61,886 nt of DNA from Actinomycetota bacterium (GTDB taxonomy: Bacteria; Actinomycetota; Actinomycetes; Nanopelagicales; Nanopelagicaceae): NCBI GenBank assembly GCA_010031635.1, contig RGZI01000001.1, forward strand, positions 1-61,886, in the 5' to 3' direction. The translations under genes were made by a program, and so were the position numbers. This document shows positions 42,257-53,416 of this stretch, piece after piece; within the stretch, counting starts at the first letter, position 1, and every line of letters begins with the position of its first letter. The notes under the pieces were generated by a model. The model was given only the letters and a program-made list of their open reading frames with translations, had not been told where the DNA came from and made no database searches.

Positions 42257-43237
42257 CTATCCGTTTTTAGCCCCAGCCACAGCGATCAGGGCCACTTCCA
42301 GAGCGTAAACCGGGTCACTTCCCCCACCTTTAACTTGTGAATCTGCATGGGCGATGGCGGTGATGGCGGTGGTGATTCCATCGCCATTCCACCCAGGAAG
42401 TTGTCTTCTGGCTTTATCTATCTGCCAAGGTGCTAAGCCGAGTACTCCAGCCAACTCAAAAGATTTTGCAGTGCGCCCCGCAGTACCAACTTTTGCCAAA
42501 GTTCGCACAACTGACGCCAATGCATTTACTAAAACAACTGGGTCTGTTCCAGTTTCAATTGCTTGGCGTGCAGATAGAAGTGCATCTCCTAATCTTCCTT
42601 CTACCGCAGCATCAGCAACAGCAAAGCCACTCGCCTCAACACGTCCAGCGTATAAAACAGCGACCTGTTCCTCAGTAATTGCGGTACTTCCGCTCACTTG
42701 AGAGTCGGAACTTAATTGATGCAGTGCCGAAATCATCTCTCGTAAATCACTTCCGACAGCAGCGACAAGCGCCCGTGCTGCATCTGGAGTTAATTTTCTT
42801 CCAATTGTTAGTGCTTCCGTTTTAAGAAAATCTATTTTTTCATTTTCTTTTTTTATCGGTTCGCAGCCAATCTCAGTAATTCCGATTTTACGTAACTTAG
42901 TTAAAAATGCTTTTCCCTTTACCCCACCTTTGTGTAGAAAAATTAAAGTTATATCTGGGTCTGGATTTTCGCAGTATCTTAAAACCTCATCTTGGGCATC
43001 TTCTGCTAAATCTTGCAAATCTCGTATTGTGACAACTCGCGGCCCCGAAAATAAAGATGGCGCAGTGGCATCACTAAATTGTCCAACTTCAAGATCAGGT
43101 GCATCAAATTGGGTATTTGTGGCCCCTTTTTCTTTTAAAGGTTCTAGGATTTTTTCAATAGCGCGATCAGCTAAAACTTGCTCCGCACCTATGCATAAAT
43201 AAACTGCCTCTTTTGCCACTTGAGTACTCACCTCCAA
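42257..43237 (-). CDS. holA: DNA polymerase III delta subunit
   Basis: 326-aa ORF with HolA-like layout. It sits downstream of comEC as in Gram-positives. Confidence 0.8.
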   Translation of the reverse strand: MEVSTQVAKEAVYLCIGAEQVLADRAIEKILEPLKEKGATNTQFDAPDLEVGQFSDATAPSLFSGPRVVTIRDLQDLAEDAQDEVLRYCENPDPDITLIFLHKGGVKGKAFLTKLRKIGITEIGCEPIKKENEKIDFLKTEALTIGRKLTPDAARALVAAVGSDLREMISALHQLSSDSQVSGSTAITEEQVAVLYAGRVEASGFAVADAAVEGRLGDALLSARQAIETGTDPVVLVNALASVVRTLAKVGTAGRTAKSFELAGVLGLAPWQIDKARRQLPGWNGDGITTAITAIAHADSQVKGGGSDPVYALEVALIAVAGAKNG

Positions 43238-45510
43238 ATACTCTTTCGCGTCGAAACCACCCGCAATGGCTTATCTATAACTGCCAGCGTACCTGAGCGA
43301 TCCGTTCTCGCAATAGCACCACAATTATGCGAAAGCAGTTCTAGCGTAACTGGGGCTGGATGGCCATAGGGGTTATCGACACCTACGCTGATTAGGCATA
43401 ATTTAGGGGAGAGTTTCTCGACCAATTTTTGATTTTGTAACTTTGAGCCGTGATGGGCAACTTTTAAAATCTCAACTTCGCCTGTTAACCGTTCCAGCAC
43501 CTTCTCCTGGCTGGCTAATTCTAAATCCCCTGCCGAAAAAAATGAGTGACCATAAATTAAACCAACAATTGAGATGCTGGCATTGTTTGCCGGTGACTCT
43601 AAAATCGGTTTCATGTCAGGCCAAATTACTTCAAATGAGATATCTGGACTTTTAAATGTTGCACCGCGATAAATTTGCGCACTGGGAATACCTTCCAGCC
43701 AATTTTTCACTCTCGTAAATTCATCTGCTGGAGTCGGTTCGGTAGTCAACCAAACTTGTTGCACTTTCCGCCCCTTGAGTAAACCTGGTAATCCTTCTAC
43801 ATGATCTGCATGAAAATGGGTGAGAATTAACAGCTCAATGTTTTTAACTTTTAACTCATGTAAACAATTATCAATTAGGGTTGGATCTGGTCCAACATCA
43901 ATCACGACCGCCGAATTTGATCCTAAGGAAAGTACAATTCCATCACCCTGTCCAACATCGCATACTGCCATGAGCCAATTTTTTGGGGGCCAACCAAATT
44001 TAGTTGTTGAAAAAATAATGATTAGGATCAAAATCAAGATCATGGGTAGTTTAAGAAAAGTAAAAGATCGTAATGTTAAAAAAATTATCCGTATTGCGAT
44101 TGCAAGTATTACTAGGGAGATAACTCCCATCCAACCCTTGCTCCAGCGCAAGGTCGAAAAAGGTAGGTCAGCGCAAAAGTTTGCGACTCCTGCAATCCAC
44201 ATCGCAAATGGTGAAACTACAACACCAAGCAAATGGGAAATTTGCGGAAGCGGAATAGATATTAGGCTCATGAAAAAACCAATAATTGTGATTGGCGCTA
44301 TAACGGGTGCAACAATTAAGTTGGCAAAGACACTCACAAGTGAAAGTTGTCCAGATATAGCGACAACAATTGGTAGCGAAAATACAGTGGCAGCAATTGG
44401 GATCGCCAATGTTTGTGCCAAAAGTTCTAGCCGATTCGAAAAATACCGCATTAAAAAACGTTCAATTTTTGGAGCAAGTAGTAGTAACCCAGCTGTTGCT
44501 GATACTGAAAGTGCGAAACCAGGATCAGTAGCTAAAAATGGGTTGATAATCAGCAGTAAACCAATCGCAACTCCCAAGGAAGGCAGTGCCGCCGATCGAT
44601 TCCCAGATGCCCGTGCCGCAAGAGCCACAGTTGTCATTACCGCCGCCCGCAAAACTGATGGCGATGGCCTTACCAACAGGATAAAAAAAGATAGGGCTAA
44701 CGCAACAATTAGCCACAACGCCCTTCCCCTAATTCCAATCCTTCTGCACAGCGCTAGAACCAAAGCAGCCACAATCGCCAGATTTGCTCCACTAACTGCA
44801 GTTAAATGAGTCAACCCTGTCGCGCGCATATTTGCGGTCAACTCAACTGATTGAAATGTGCGATCTCCAATAACTATTCCAGGTATCAATCCCATCGCCG
44901 CCGGGGGTAAACCCTGCACGGCATCGCGCAGCGCACTCCGCATCCGGAAAGTGAGCCGCGAAATAGAGTTTGATCTGCTGAGAATCTTTACTTCACTCTT
45001 TATAAAAATAAAAGCAGATGCATTAGTTAAGCGATAATCTGAAACTTTACCGTAGAAAGATATCTTGGTTCCAGGAATGAGATTCCCGACATCATTTGTA
45101 GTCGAAATTAAAATCGGAACCCGTAGAGCCCGTCCATTTACCTCTTTTGTTCGTAAATAAAAAGTAGCTGACTGTGTCGTACGAAAATTTCCGCGGATTT
45201 TTGATTTACTAAGTTGTGGGTCAGATGTAACTACACCAACAACGCCAATATTTGAATTTGTATCACCGCGAAATAGGTCGCGATGAAGGGCCTCTTCATG
45301 GATTCCTGAGATTAAACCACCTAAAAATATTGATATACAGAATAGTTGTAAAACATAACTCTTCTTTGTGAGTAAAAATGTAAGAGCAATCACAAGTGTT
45401 GCAATTAATAGAATGGTGGCTGGAGTTCCATAAAATAACTGTGCGCTGGCACATCCCATCCAAATCCCAACTGCTGGAAACAATAACCGAGCATCAGGAA
45501 TATCTTTCAC
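43228..45510 (-). CDS. comEC: ComEC/Rec2 DNA internalisation channel with C-terminal metallo-beta-lactamase domain
   Basis: Polytopic membrane core and LTHFHADHVEG (HxHxDH). Confidence 0.88.
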   Translation of the reverse strand: MKDIPDARLLFPAVGIWMGCASAQLFYGTPATILLIATLVIALTFLLTKKSYVLQLFCISIFLGGLISGIHEEALHRDLFRGDTNSNIGVVGVVTSDPQLSKSKIRGNFRTTQSATFYLRTKEVNGRALRVPILISTTNDVGNLIPGTKISFYGKVSDYRLTNASAFIFIKSEVKILSRSNSISRLTFRMRSALRDAVQGLPPAAMGLIPGIVIGDRTFQSVELTANMRATGLTHLTAVSGANLAIVAALVLALCRRIGIRGRALWLIVALALSFFILLVRPSPSVLRAAVMTTVALAARASGNRSAALPSLGVAIGLLLIINPFLATDPGFALSVSATAGLLLLAPKIERFLMRYFSNRLELLAQTLAIPIAATVFSLPIVVAISGQLSLVSVFANLIVAPVIAPITIIGFFMSLISIPLPQISHLLGVVVSPFAMWIAGVANFCADLPFSTLRWSKGWMGVISLVILAIAIRIIFLTLRSFTFLKLPMILILILIIIFSTTKFGWPPKNWLMAVCDVGQGDGIVLSLGSNSAVVIDVGPDPTLIDNCLHELKVKNIELLILTHFHADHVEGLPGLLKGRKVQQVWLTTEPTPADEFTRVKNWLEGIPSAQIYRGATFKSPDISFEVIWPDMKPILESPANNASISIVGLIYGHSFFSAGDLELASQEKVLERLTGEVEILKVAHHGSKLQNQKLVEKLSPKLCLISVGVDNPYGHPAPVTLELLSHNCGAIARTDRSGTLAVIDKPLRVVSTRKSIWR

Positions 45511-46187
45511 ACCACAACAACCTCTTTAAGTTCATTAAACTTTGCATCTCCTATTCCAGAAACTCTGCGTAACTCATCAACAGATTTAAAGTTTCCATTT
45601 TTGCTTCGCCACTCAATAATGCGAGCTGCTAAAACTGGACCAACCCCAGGAAGGCCATCAAGTTCGGCTAAATTTGCTCGATTTAAATTAACTTTTCCGC
45701 CTCGAGTGCCTCTAGAGGTCGAAGAAAGAGAATGAGTTGGGCTTGAACTACTCTCAATATATATTTGCTCACCATCTTCAAGTAATCGCGCCATATTCAC
45801 ACCACTTGAATCTGCACCTTTACCGACTCCGCCGGCGGCTTTTATGGCATCAATTACGCGTGAGCCTTGTGGTAATTCATAGACGTCAGGATTTTTAACT
45901 TTACCTGCCACATCAATTATTAAAATCTTATTAACTTGACTCGGTTGGTTAATACTTTGATTGTTATCTACTATTTCAATACCAGACTCCGCAGAGACTG
46001 CAGAGGCACTAGGTATTTCTTTAGCACCCCCACTCCATAATAAAAATATGGCCAGAGCTACTCCTGCTGAAATTACCAGCAAAGTGCTAATAAAATGTTT
46101 CTTTTCAATATGTACTCGAAATTTACTTGTTGATTCTGGGATTATTTGACGAAGACGTGAAATCAATTCGGAGTCTATTTTAGGCAT
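45507..46187 (-). CDS. comEA: ComEA DNA receptor (SLBB plus helix-hairpin-helix)
   Basis: N-terminal TM helix and C-terminal NLNRANLAELDGLPGVGPVLAARIIEWR HhH motifs. Confidence 0.85.
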   Translation of the reverse strand: MPKIDSELISRLRQIIPESTSKFRVHIEKKHFISTLLVISAGVALAIFLLWSGGAKEIPSASAVSAESGIEIVDNNQSINQPSQVNKILIIDVAGKVKNPDVYELPQGSRVIDAIKAAGGVGKGADSSGVNMARLLEDGEQIYIESSSSPTHSLSSTSRGTRGGKVNLNRANLAELDGLPGVGPVLAARIIEWRSKNGNFKSVDELRRVSGIGDAKFNELKEVVVV

Positions 46188-46268
46188 TTGCGAATTGTAG
46201 AAAGTAATGTTTTATTTAAGTTAGAAAAATTTACTGGTGTAGATAAATTTTGCTTGTGGTTAAACTAT

Positions 46269-47111
46269 TTAAACGCGAGGAGCGATCACTACCGCGATAG
46301 CCCCTGGACCAACATGCGTACCAACGACTGCGCCAACTTCGGTATTACTAACATCGCCCAAGCCAGTTAATACGCTTCTAAGTCTTGCAACTACCGCCTC
46401 TGCTTGAGATTGTGCACCTAAATGATGAACCGCAACATCAACTGCGCGCCCCGCAGTGGCCGCGACCGCCATCTCCTCTAAACGCACCATTGCTTTAGCC
46501 GCAGTTCTAACTCTCTCGACTGCAACTACTTCGCCATCATCTACGGTGAGGATTGGTCTGATCGCAAGTGCTGTGGCAAGTATCGATGCGCCTCTGCTGA
46601 TTCGCCCACTTCTACGTAGATTCTCTAAATTTGCAACAGAGAAGAAGATTGAAGTTGCATTCATCCGCAACTTGGCACGTTCAATAACTGTTTGACTATC
46701 TAATCCTTCTTCAGCGGCTTGTGCCGCGGCGATCACACCAAAACCAAGAGCCATTCCGACCGTGCGCGAATCGATCACATGAACCGGAATTGGTGAATCC
46801 TTTGCTGCGATCCGGGCTGCATCGGAGGTTCCGGACATGGATGAAGAGATATGCAAACTAATAATCTCTTTTGCACCATTTGCAGCAAGCTCTTGATAAG
46901 CCAGTAGAAAAGTTGCCGGATTTGGCCGTGAAGTTGTCGCTAACTCTCCTTTACGAAGTGCATCAATAACATCAGTCGCATTTGGATCTGCTTCGAAATA
47001 ACTTTTGCCATTCCACTGCACCATTAAAGGAACAACTTTGATTCCTAATAACTTGATAGTTGTTGCGGGCAGGTAAGCAGTTGAATCTGTGACAATCCCG
47101 ATTTTTCTCAT
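46269..47111 (-). CDS. DegV family fatty-acid-binding protein (FakB-like)
   Basis: [13 protein letters not shown]-terminus and DegV-like length. Confidence 0.85.
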   Translation of the reverse strand: MRKIGIVTDSTAYLPATTIKLLGIKVVPLMVQWNGKSYFEADPNATDVIDALRKGELATTSRPNPATFLLAYQELAANGAKEIISLHISSSMSGTSDAARIAAKDSPIPVHVIDSRTVGMALGFGVIAAAQAAEEGLDSQTVIERAKLRMNATSIFFSVANLENLRRSGRISRGASILATALAIRPILTVDDGEVVAVERVRTAAKAMVRLEEMAVAATAGRAVDVAVHHLGAQSQAEAVVARLRSVLTGLGDVSNTEVGAVVGTHVGPGAIAVVIAPRV

Positions 47112-49582
47112 GTTGTCACGACATTTACTAACTTTGGAGCACGGGTAATAATTTTTACGATATTTTCACCAGCAAGTGCTTCAACCATCGCTGGATCAGC
47201 CATCGCTAATTTCTCTAATTCAGCATCAGTAATCTCTGGATCAACTTCAAGACGAGCTTTTATCTTGCCCAAAACTTGCACTACGCAAGTAACGCTCTGC
47301 ACTTTAACTAGCGAAGGATCCACAGTCGGCCAGCCAGCAAGTGCTACTGCAGGCTTATGACCTAACCGCTCCCACATCTCTTCGGCGGTGTATGGCGCAA
47401 TTAATGAAAGCATGATGGCAATCGCCTCAACAGCTTCTCGAACGGCTGGGTCATTTGATCCCGGTCCAGAATCGATCGCTTTACGCGCTGCATTTACTAA
47501 CTCCATGATTCGCGCAACTGCAACGTTAAATCTAAATGATTCAACTGCGAAACCTGCATCATGTAACGCTTTATGAGTTGCGCGACGAAGCTCAATATCA
47601 CCTGTGCTTGGGTCAACTCCCACAGCGGATGTAACTTCGCCAGATAAACGCCATGCTCTTGCTAAAAATTTAACTGAACCGGCTGGTGAAACATCGGACC
47701 AATCAACATCATCTTCGGGTGGGCCAGCAAAAACCATAGTTAATCGGATCGCATCTACACCATGAACATTTAATTCATCAGATAAGCGAACTAAATTGCC
47801 ACGGCTCTTACTCATTGCTGAGCCATCCATAACAACCATGCCTTGATTTAGTAAACGAGTGAATGGCTCAGTGAAATCTAAATATCCAAGGTCATGCAAA
47901 ACTTTGGTGAAAAAACGCGAGTAGAGCAAATGCAAAATAGCGTGGGTTACTCCCCCAACATATTGATCGACTGGCAACCATGTCTTAACTGCTTCTAGAT
48001 CAAAAGCACGATCTGCAAGTTGTGGAGATACGTATCGCAAGAAATACCAAGAAGAGTCCACAAAAGTGTCCATAGTGTCGGTATCGCGTAACGCTGGCTT
48101 TCCGCATTTTGGACAAGGTACATTTACCCAATCAGTAGCCCCGGCAAGTGGAGAGATTCCCTTTGGCTTTAAATCAAGTCCAGCAGAAGATGGCAACTTA
48201 ACTGGCAATTGATCTTCAGGCACAGCAACTTCGCCACAACTTTCGCAATGAATAATTGGAATTGGAGTACCCCAATAACGTTGCCTAGAGATCAACCAAT
48301 CGCGTAAGCGATAATTTGTAGCTGCCTTGCCTAGTTTTTGGTCCTGCAAATCTGCAATGATCTTATTGATCGCTTCGCTTTTAGATAAACCATTTAACGA
48401 ACCAGAGTTAATCAATTTTCCATCGCCAGGCGTTGCAATTCCAGTAATTGCAGGATCTTCTAAATCGCTTTCAACAACTGTACGAATAGGCAGATCCATT
48501 GTTTTAGCAAAATCTAAATCTCGCTGATCATGCGCAGGCACAGCCATGATCGCACCAGTTCCATAATCTGCAAGCACATAATCACTCGCCCAGATTTGCA
48601 ACTTCTCACCATTTACTGGATTAATTGCATAGCGTTGTAAAAAGATTCCAGTTTTTGGCCGTTCAAGAGACAATCGTTCAATATCACTTATCGCTTTTAC
48701 CTCTTCAAGATATTTAGCAAACTCTGCTTTGACTGGAGATGAGGCAGCAAGTTCGGCTGCTAACTCACTATCGGCGGCAACTACAAAAAAAGTAGCGCCG
48801 TACAAAGTATCAGGCCTGGTTGTATAAATTGTGACCGGCTTGTCGCGGCCTTCAATTTCGAAAGTAACCTCAGCACCAACAGATTTTCCAATCCAGTTGC
48901 GCTGCATTTGTAAAACTTTTTCTGGCCACTGGCCTTCAAGTGATTGCATATCGTCTAACAAACGATCTGCGTAATCAGTTATTTTAAAATACCACTGAGT
49001 TAATTTTTTCTTAGTAACAATTGTGTCGCATCGCTCGCACGCACCAGCAACAACTTGTTCATTTGCTAATACTGTCTGGCAATCTGGACACCAATTAACT
49101 GCAGATGCTTTTCGATACGCCAATCCCTTTTTAAATAGTTGTAGAAATATCCACTGATTCCATTTGTAATATTCAGGATCGCAAGTATTGAAAGTTCTAT
49201 CCCAATCAAAGGAACAGGCATATCGACGCATAGATGCTTTTTGAACTGCAATGTTTTCATAGGTCCATTCACCTGGATCTGAATTTCGCTTTATTGCCGC
49301 ATTCTCTGCCGGCAAACCGAAGGCATCCCATGCAATTGGATGCATTACATTAAAACCTCGTTGCACCCAATAACGCGCGATTACATCACCAAGTGCATAC
49401 GCCTCGGCATGACCCATGTGCAGATCCCCCGATGGGTAAGGGAACATATCCAGGACATATTTTTTAGGACGTAGATCATCGGCCCGGCCAGAGCGAAATG
49501 GGGCAATTTGATCCCAGACCGGCAACCACTTTTCTTGAACCCCATGAACGTCATATGTGACTGGCGTACCTGGCTCTTGCAT
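47108..49582 (-). CDS. leuS: Leucine--tRNA ligase
   Basis: [11 protein letters not shown] (HIGH), the CP1 region and AMSKSRGN (KMSKS). Confidence 0.97.
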   Translation of the reverse strand: MQEPGTPVTYDVHGVQEKWLPVWDQIAPFRSGRADDLRPKKYVLDMFPYPSGDLHMGHAEAYALGDVIARYWVQRGFNVMHPIAWDAFGLPAENAAIKRNSDPGEWTYENIAVQKASMRRYACSFDWDRTFNTCDPEYYKWNQWIFLQLFKKGLAYRKASAVNWCPDCQTVLANEQVVAGACERCDTIVTKKKLTQWYFKITDYADRLLDDMQSLEGQWPEKVLQMQRNWIGKSVGAEVTFEIEGRDKPVTIYTTRPDTLYGATFFVVAADSELAAELAASSPVKAEFAKYLEEVKAISDIERLSLERPKTGIFLQRYAINPVNGEKLQIWASDYVLADYGTGAIMAVPAHDQRDLDFAKTMDLPIRTVVESDLEDPAITGIATPGDGKLINSGSLNGLSKSEAINKIIADLQDQKLGKAATNYRLRDWLISRQRYWGTPIPIIHCESCGEVAVPEDQLPVKLPSSAGLDLKPKGISPLAGATDWVNVPCPKCGKPALRDTDTMDTFVDSSWYFLRYVSPQLADRAFDLEAVKTWLPVDQYVGGVTHAILHLLYSRFFTKVLHDLGYLDFTEPFTRLLNQGMVVMDGSAMSKSRGNLVRLSDELNVHGVDAIRLTMVFAGPPEDDVDWSDVSPAGSVKFLARAWRLSGEVTSAVGVDPSTGDIELRRATHKALHDAGFAVESFRFNVAVARIMELVNAARKAIDSGPGSNDPAVREAVEAIAIMLSLIAPYTAEEMWERLGHKPAVALAGWPTVDPSLVKVQSVTCVVQVLGKIKARLEVDPEITDAELEKLAMADPAMVEALAGENIVKIITRAPKLVNVVTT

Positions 49583-49613
49583 GAGGCTAAGAGTACCGCC
49601 TACTTAAATCCAG

Positions 49614-50543
49614 CTAACTCCAGTTAACCCCGGTTAATTCCGCGCTGATCTGCCACAAAGATTGCGCCAATCCTTGGTCATAAGCGGTGCTGCTGGCGCG
49701 AGTGTATTTTGGATATCCACGCATTTCCAAAAAGCCATTTGGTCCTAAATAACTTCCGCCTGGAAGATCGGCGAGGGTTGCGGCACACAAAATTGGCAGC
49801 GCGCCTTTGTCGGCACTTTGCGCAAATGCAGAATTAAAAAATGCAGAACCGCGAGCCATCATAAGTTGATTTCTCATTTGCGGTCCGACCATTTGCAAGT
49901 TAGTGGCTGACCAACCTGGATGTGCTGATACTGCAACAATTTTCTTACTCTTACTGTTGCGTCGCTGTAATTCATTTATAAATAGCAAATTTGAAACTTT
50001 AGAACGTGCATACGCTTGCCAAGGTTGGTATTCGCCAACGCCGCGACAGATATCCATAATTTTTGTATCTGGGAACTGCGCCAAGCGATGCGCTTGGCTG
50101 GAGACACTTACAACTCGAGCACCATCTTTAAGTTTATTTTGCAGAAGTCCTGAAAATGCAAAATGCCCTAAATGATTCGTTCCCATTTGCAATTCAAATC
50201 CATCAACTGTGTGTCGAAGAGGAGTGGCCATGACGCCAGCATTCAAAATTAAGATATCAATATCTTTGCTGACTTGACCAGCCGCAGAATGTACGGATTT
50301 CAAATCGCTTAGGTCTAATTCAATTACATCAATGCTTCCGCGTGACGCAATTGAAAGTTGCTTGGCCAATGCAGAAGTTTTTCGAACATTTCGTACTGCC
50401 AAAATAAGGTTGCCACCACTTTCAGCGACTTGCTTAGCAACTGCTAATCCCAAACCACCGCTTGCTCCTGTTATTAATACATTTTCACCAGTTAAATCAC
50501 GTGGCTTACTCCATTTAGCGCTGATCTCTGGAAGTGCTGCCAT
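49614..50543 (-). CDS. Short-chain dehydrogenase/reductase
   Basis: ITGASGGLG cofactor motif and catalytic YARSK. Confidence 0.85.
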   Translation of the reverse strand: MAALPEISAKWSKPRDLTGENVLITGASGGLGLAVAKQVAESGGNLILAVRNVRKTSALAKQLSIASRGSIDVIELDLSDLKSVHSAAGQVSKDIDILILNAGVMATPLRHTVDGFELQMGTNHLGHFAFSGLLQNKLKDGARVVSVSSQAHRLAQFPDTKIMDICRGVGEYQPWQAYARSKVSNLLFINELQRRNSKSKKIVAVSAHPGWSATNLQMVGPQMRNQLMMARGSAFFNSAFAQSADKGALPILCAATLADLPGGSYLGPNGFLEMRGYPKYTRASSTAYDQGLAQSLWQISAELTGVNWS

Positions 50544-50601
50544 CGTTAACCACCCACCAATTTCCGAGTTAATTTAAATCAATGCGGATCCGAATTGAGT
50601 G

Positions 50602-50674
50602 TGGAGCTGAGGGGACTTGAACCCCTGACCCCCTGCATGCCATGCAGGTGCGCTACCAGCTGCGCCACAGCCCC
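50602..50674 (-). tRNA. tRNA-Ala (anticodon GGC), CCA not encoded
   Basis: GGGGCTG...CCTGC-ATGGCAT-GCAGG...CAGCTCC-A with the G3:U70 identity pair. Confidence 0.93.
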
Positions 50675-50737
50675 AAGAATTTTCCAGCACTTGAGAAGCG
50701 AAACTCTAGCCGAAGATTTGCGCGCTCTCTAATCCGG

Positions 50738-52333
50738 CTATTTGCGGCGTAAAACCCGACCTGGGCGCTTTAGTGTGTGGTTGTTTTCATCAACCACAAT
50801 CGTTCCATTGACGATTACTTGTTGGATTCCCTCTGGATAAACGCAAGGATTTTGTAGAGTGGAATCACTGCGGACTTTATCAGCGTCAAAAATCACCAGA
50901 TCAGCAAACCAATTCTCTTTAATTTCTCCACGAGTTTTCAAAGCAAAACGTTGTGCTGGCTTTGATGACATTTTATGAATTGCAGATTCAAGAGTTAAAG
51001 TTTTCTTCTCACGGACATGGTGAGCTAGAAATTCTATATGTCCGCAATAAGGGAATTGGCTCTGAGTTGCATCAGCAAGTGCGCCATGGTCCACACTGGT
51101 AAAACCATCTACACCTAATGAGAAATCAGGGTGTGAAATCATTTCGGCCAGATGTGCTTCTGTCATATTCTCACCAAACATAATAACTTTATCCATATCT
51201 GGACCAGCTGCCATCAAAATATCAAAGTAGCAATCCCATTCATCCTGTTTCATCTCTTTAGCAATCTCAGGGAAGCTCATTCCGGTGAACTCTGGGTAGT
51301 GCAGGCTGCCTTGTAAGCGAACTCGACTCCACTGTCCTTTGTGAATGTATCTCCAATAACGATCGCAATCACTTTTTAGTCGATCTCTAACAGTGCTTTC
51401 CTTTAGTGCAAGAGCAACATTTGCATAGCCATCTTTTAATAACCATTCTGGCAAGATCGCAGACATTCCACCAAGTCCAAATCTAAATGGAGTGGTATCT
51501 GCGGCTACATCTAAGCCTTTATCTTTTTCGGCAACTAGCATCCCGACCGCACGCTCCCATGCATTCTCAGGAGCATTGGTATCAAAGCGCACATTAAAAT
51601 GTGAAAGCTGCGCAACTACATTTCCAGTTTTTGCTATCTGTAAAAATTCAGACATGGAGGAGAAAATTTCAGAATCACGGTTACGTACATGGCTGGTGTA
51701 AACCCCGCCATACTTTCCAACTACTTTTGCCAAATGCTCAATTTCTTCAGTTTTCGCAAATTTTCCTGGCAAAAATTCAAGTCCAGTAGATAAACCTAAT
51801 GCTCCAGCTTCCATTGACTCTGCGACTAAATCAGACATGATCTTTAGATGTTCATCTGTAACAGTTTCATCGCCGTCGAGTCCAGCAGCATGACGCAAAG
51901 AGTTATGCCCGATAAAAAATGCAAAATTCGCTGAAACGCCATCTGCTTCGATATGTGAGAAATACTCATCCATAGTGCGCCATGCAGGATCGCCTTCAAA
52001 ACCATATCCCTTTAACCGGCCTGCGATTTGCTTTACTGATCTTGGAGTAATTGGTGCGCTTGAAAAACCACAGTTGCCGACAATTTCAGTCGTTACTCCT
52101 TGGCGAACGGTGCTTTGGGCGAGTGGATTTACATGCATTGTAAAATCTGAGTGGCTATGTGGGTCAACAAACCCTGGTGAAACAATTAATCCGGTGGCTT
52201 CAATCTCACGGTTAGCCGCAGATACCCGACCTATCTCAACAATCTGGTCATTTAAAATTCCTACGTCAGCTTGATAACGCTGTGCGCCTGTTCCATCAAT
52301 TACCAAACCACCACGAATTGCGATATCGATCAT
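50738..52333 (-). CDS. N-acyl-D-amino-acid deacylase (D-aminoacylase) family amidohydrolase
   Basis: GGLVIDGTG N-terminus and GFVDPHSHSD metal motif; 531 aa. Confidence 0.8.
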   Translation of the reverse strand: MIDIAIRGGLVIDGTGAQRYQADVGILNDQIVEIGRVSAANREIEATGLIVSPGFVDPHSHSDFTMHVNPLAQSTVRQGVTTEIVGNCGFSSAPITPRSVKQIAGRLKGYGFEGDPAWRTMDEYFSHIEADGVSANFAFFIGHNSLRHAAGLDGDETVTDEHLKIMSDLVAESMEAGALGLSTGLEFLPGKFAKTEEIEHLAKVVGKYGGVYTSHVRNRDSEIFSSMSEFLQIAKTGNVVAQLSHFNVRFDTNAPENAWERAVGMLVAEKDKGLDVAADTTPFRFGLGGMSAILPEWLLKDGYANVALALKESTVRDRLKSDCDRYWRYIHKGQWSRVRLQGSLHYPEFTGMSFPEIAKEMKQDEWDCYFDILMAAGPDMDKVIMFGENMTEAHLAEMISHPDFSLGVDGFTSVDHGALADATQSQFPYCGHIEFLAHHVREKKTLTLESAIHKMSSKPAQRFALKTRGEIKENWFADLVIFDADKVRSDSTLQNPCVYPEGIQQVIVNGTIVVDENNHTLKRPGRVLRRK

Positions 52334-52376
52334 TGGGGAAAATTACCAGAGCCCAATTGAACTTACTAGACCAAAA

Positions 52377-53033
52377 TCAAACTATTGAGTCGCCACTTTC
52401 TTGGTCAAGTATTGGGTCAGGAAGCGTTCCGGAGTTGTGCTCAATTAATCGCCAACTTCCATTGCTCTTCCCACTCTCATCCAAAATTGACCATGAGGCA
52501 TTTGCCAAGCCGCCTAGCGATGCCCATTCACTTACTGGCAACCCCATCAATGTTCCGATCACACTTCGAGCCGCACCTCCATGGGTAACAATGACTAAAC
52601 TTTGCCCGGATTCAATCTCACTTAATCCGCGATAAATAGCTGAGATTGCCCGTGCGGCAACTTCACTTCGCCGTTCTCCACTTCCACCCGCAGGAATATC
52701 TTCTCCGCTAAGCCAGGCAGTAAATTCGGCATCATTATCTTTCCGAATTTCAAGACCGGTTTTTCCTTCCCAATCTGCGCCATATGTTTCGCGTAAATCA
52801 GGATCGATCGTTACCGGCAATCCACATCTTTTTGCAATAGCTGTCGCGGTTTGACGAGCACGTAATAAATCACTGGTCACTAATCGATTGGGACGCAAAG
52901 AAGCCAGCACTAAAGCAGATTTTTCAACTTGGGCTTGTCCTGCATCATTTAATGGAATATCGGTATGACCTTGAAATCTATTTTCTACATTCCAATCAGT
53001 TTGTCCGTGTCTGACAATAATTATTTTTCGCAT
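52377..53033 (-). CDS. Histidine phosphatase (phosphoglycerate-mutase family)
   Basis: VRHGQTDWN catalytic motif. It follows rsfS as in mycobacteria. Confidence 0.88.
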   Translation of the reverse strand: MRKIIIVRHGQTDWNVENRFQGHTDIPLNDAGQAQVEKSALVLASLRPNRLVTSDLLRARQTATAIAKRCGLPVTIDPDLRETYGADWEGKTGLEIRKDNDAEFTAWLSGEDIPAGGSGERRSEVAARAISAIYRGLSEIESGQSLVIVTHGGAARSVIGTLMGLPVSEWASLGGLANASWSILDESGKSNGSWRLIEHNSGTLPDPILDQESGDSIV

Positions 53034-53038
53034 CCTAA

Positions 53039-53416
53039 TTATTCTTCTCTCAGTTCAACCTGCGGCAGAGAGATAATTGGGCAATCTCCCCACAGTCGAT
53101 CAAGTGCGTAATAAGTTCGCATCTCTTTACTTTGAATATGCACAATTAAATCACCGTAATCCAACAGCAACCATTGAGAAGAGTCTCCGCCACCTTCACG
53201 GTGAATAACTTTTTCCCCTACAAATGAAAGTTGACGTTCAATTTCATCGGATATGGCTTTGAGTTGTCGATCATTTGCGCCAGATACCAGCAAGAAAATA
53301 TCTGAGAGTATCAATTGGTTAGATAAATCCAGCGCTACTATTTCACTTCCAGACTTTTCATCAGCAGCACAGGCGGCAATAGCAGCAGCTTTGATTGTCT
53401 GAGTACTAAGCGCCAT
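53039..53416 (-). CDS. rsfS: Ribosome silencing factor RsfS
   Basis: 125-aa ORF with the conserved LLDYGDLIVHIQ...YALDRLW region. It overlaps the nadD end. Confidence 0.9.
   Translation of the reverse strand: MALSTQTIKAAAIAACAADEKSGSEIVALDLSNQLILSDIFLLVSGANDRQLKAISDEIERQLSFVGEKVIHREGGGDSSQWLLLDYGDLIVHIQSKEMRTYYALDRLWGDCPIISLPQVELREE

Noticed and set aside
43820-44809. 329-aa plus-strand ORF. Similar long plus-strand ORFs occur at 2182-2694, 15075-15611, 5869-6396, 4735-5145 and 58799-59191.
   Set aside because: All lie antisense to strongly supported minus-strand genes (comEC, glnD, recG, ftsY, amtB, etfA). They have low-complexity Ser/Ala/Pro/Thr-rich composition, no recognisable motifs and no RBS. 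They are typical shadow ORFs.
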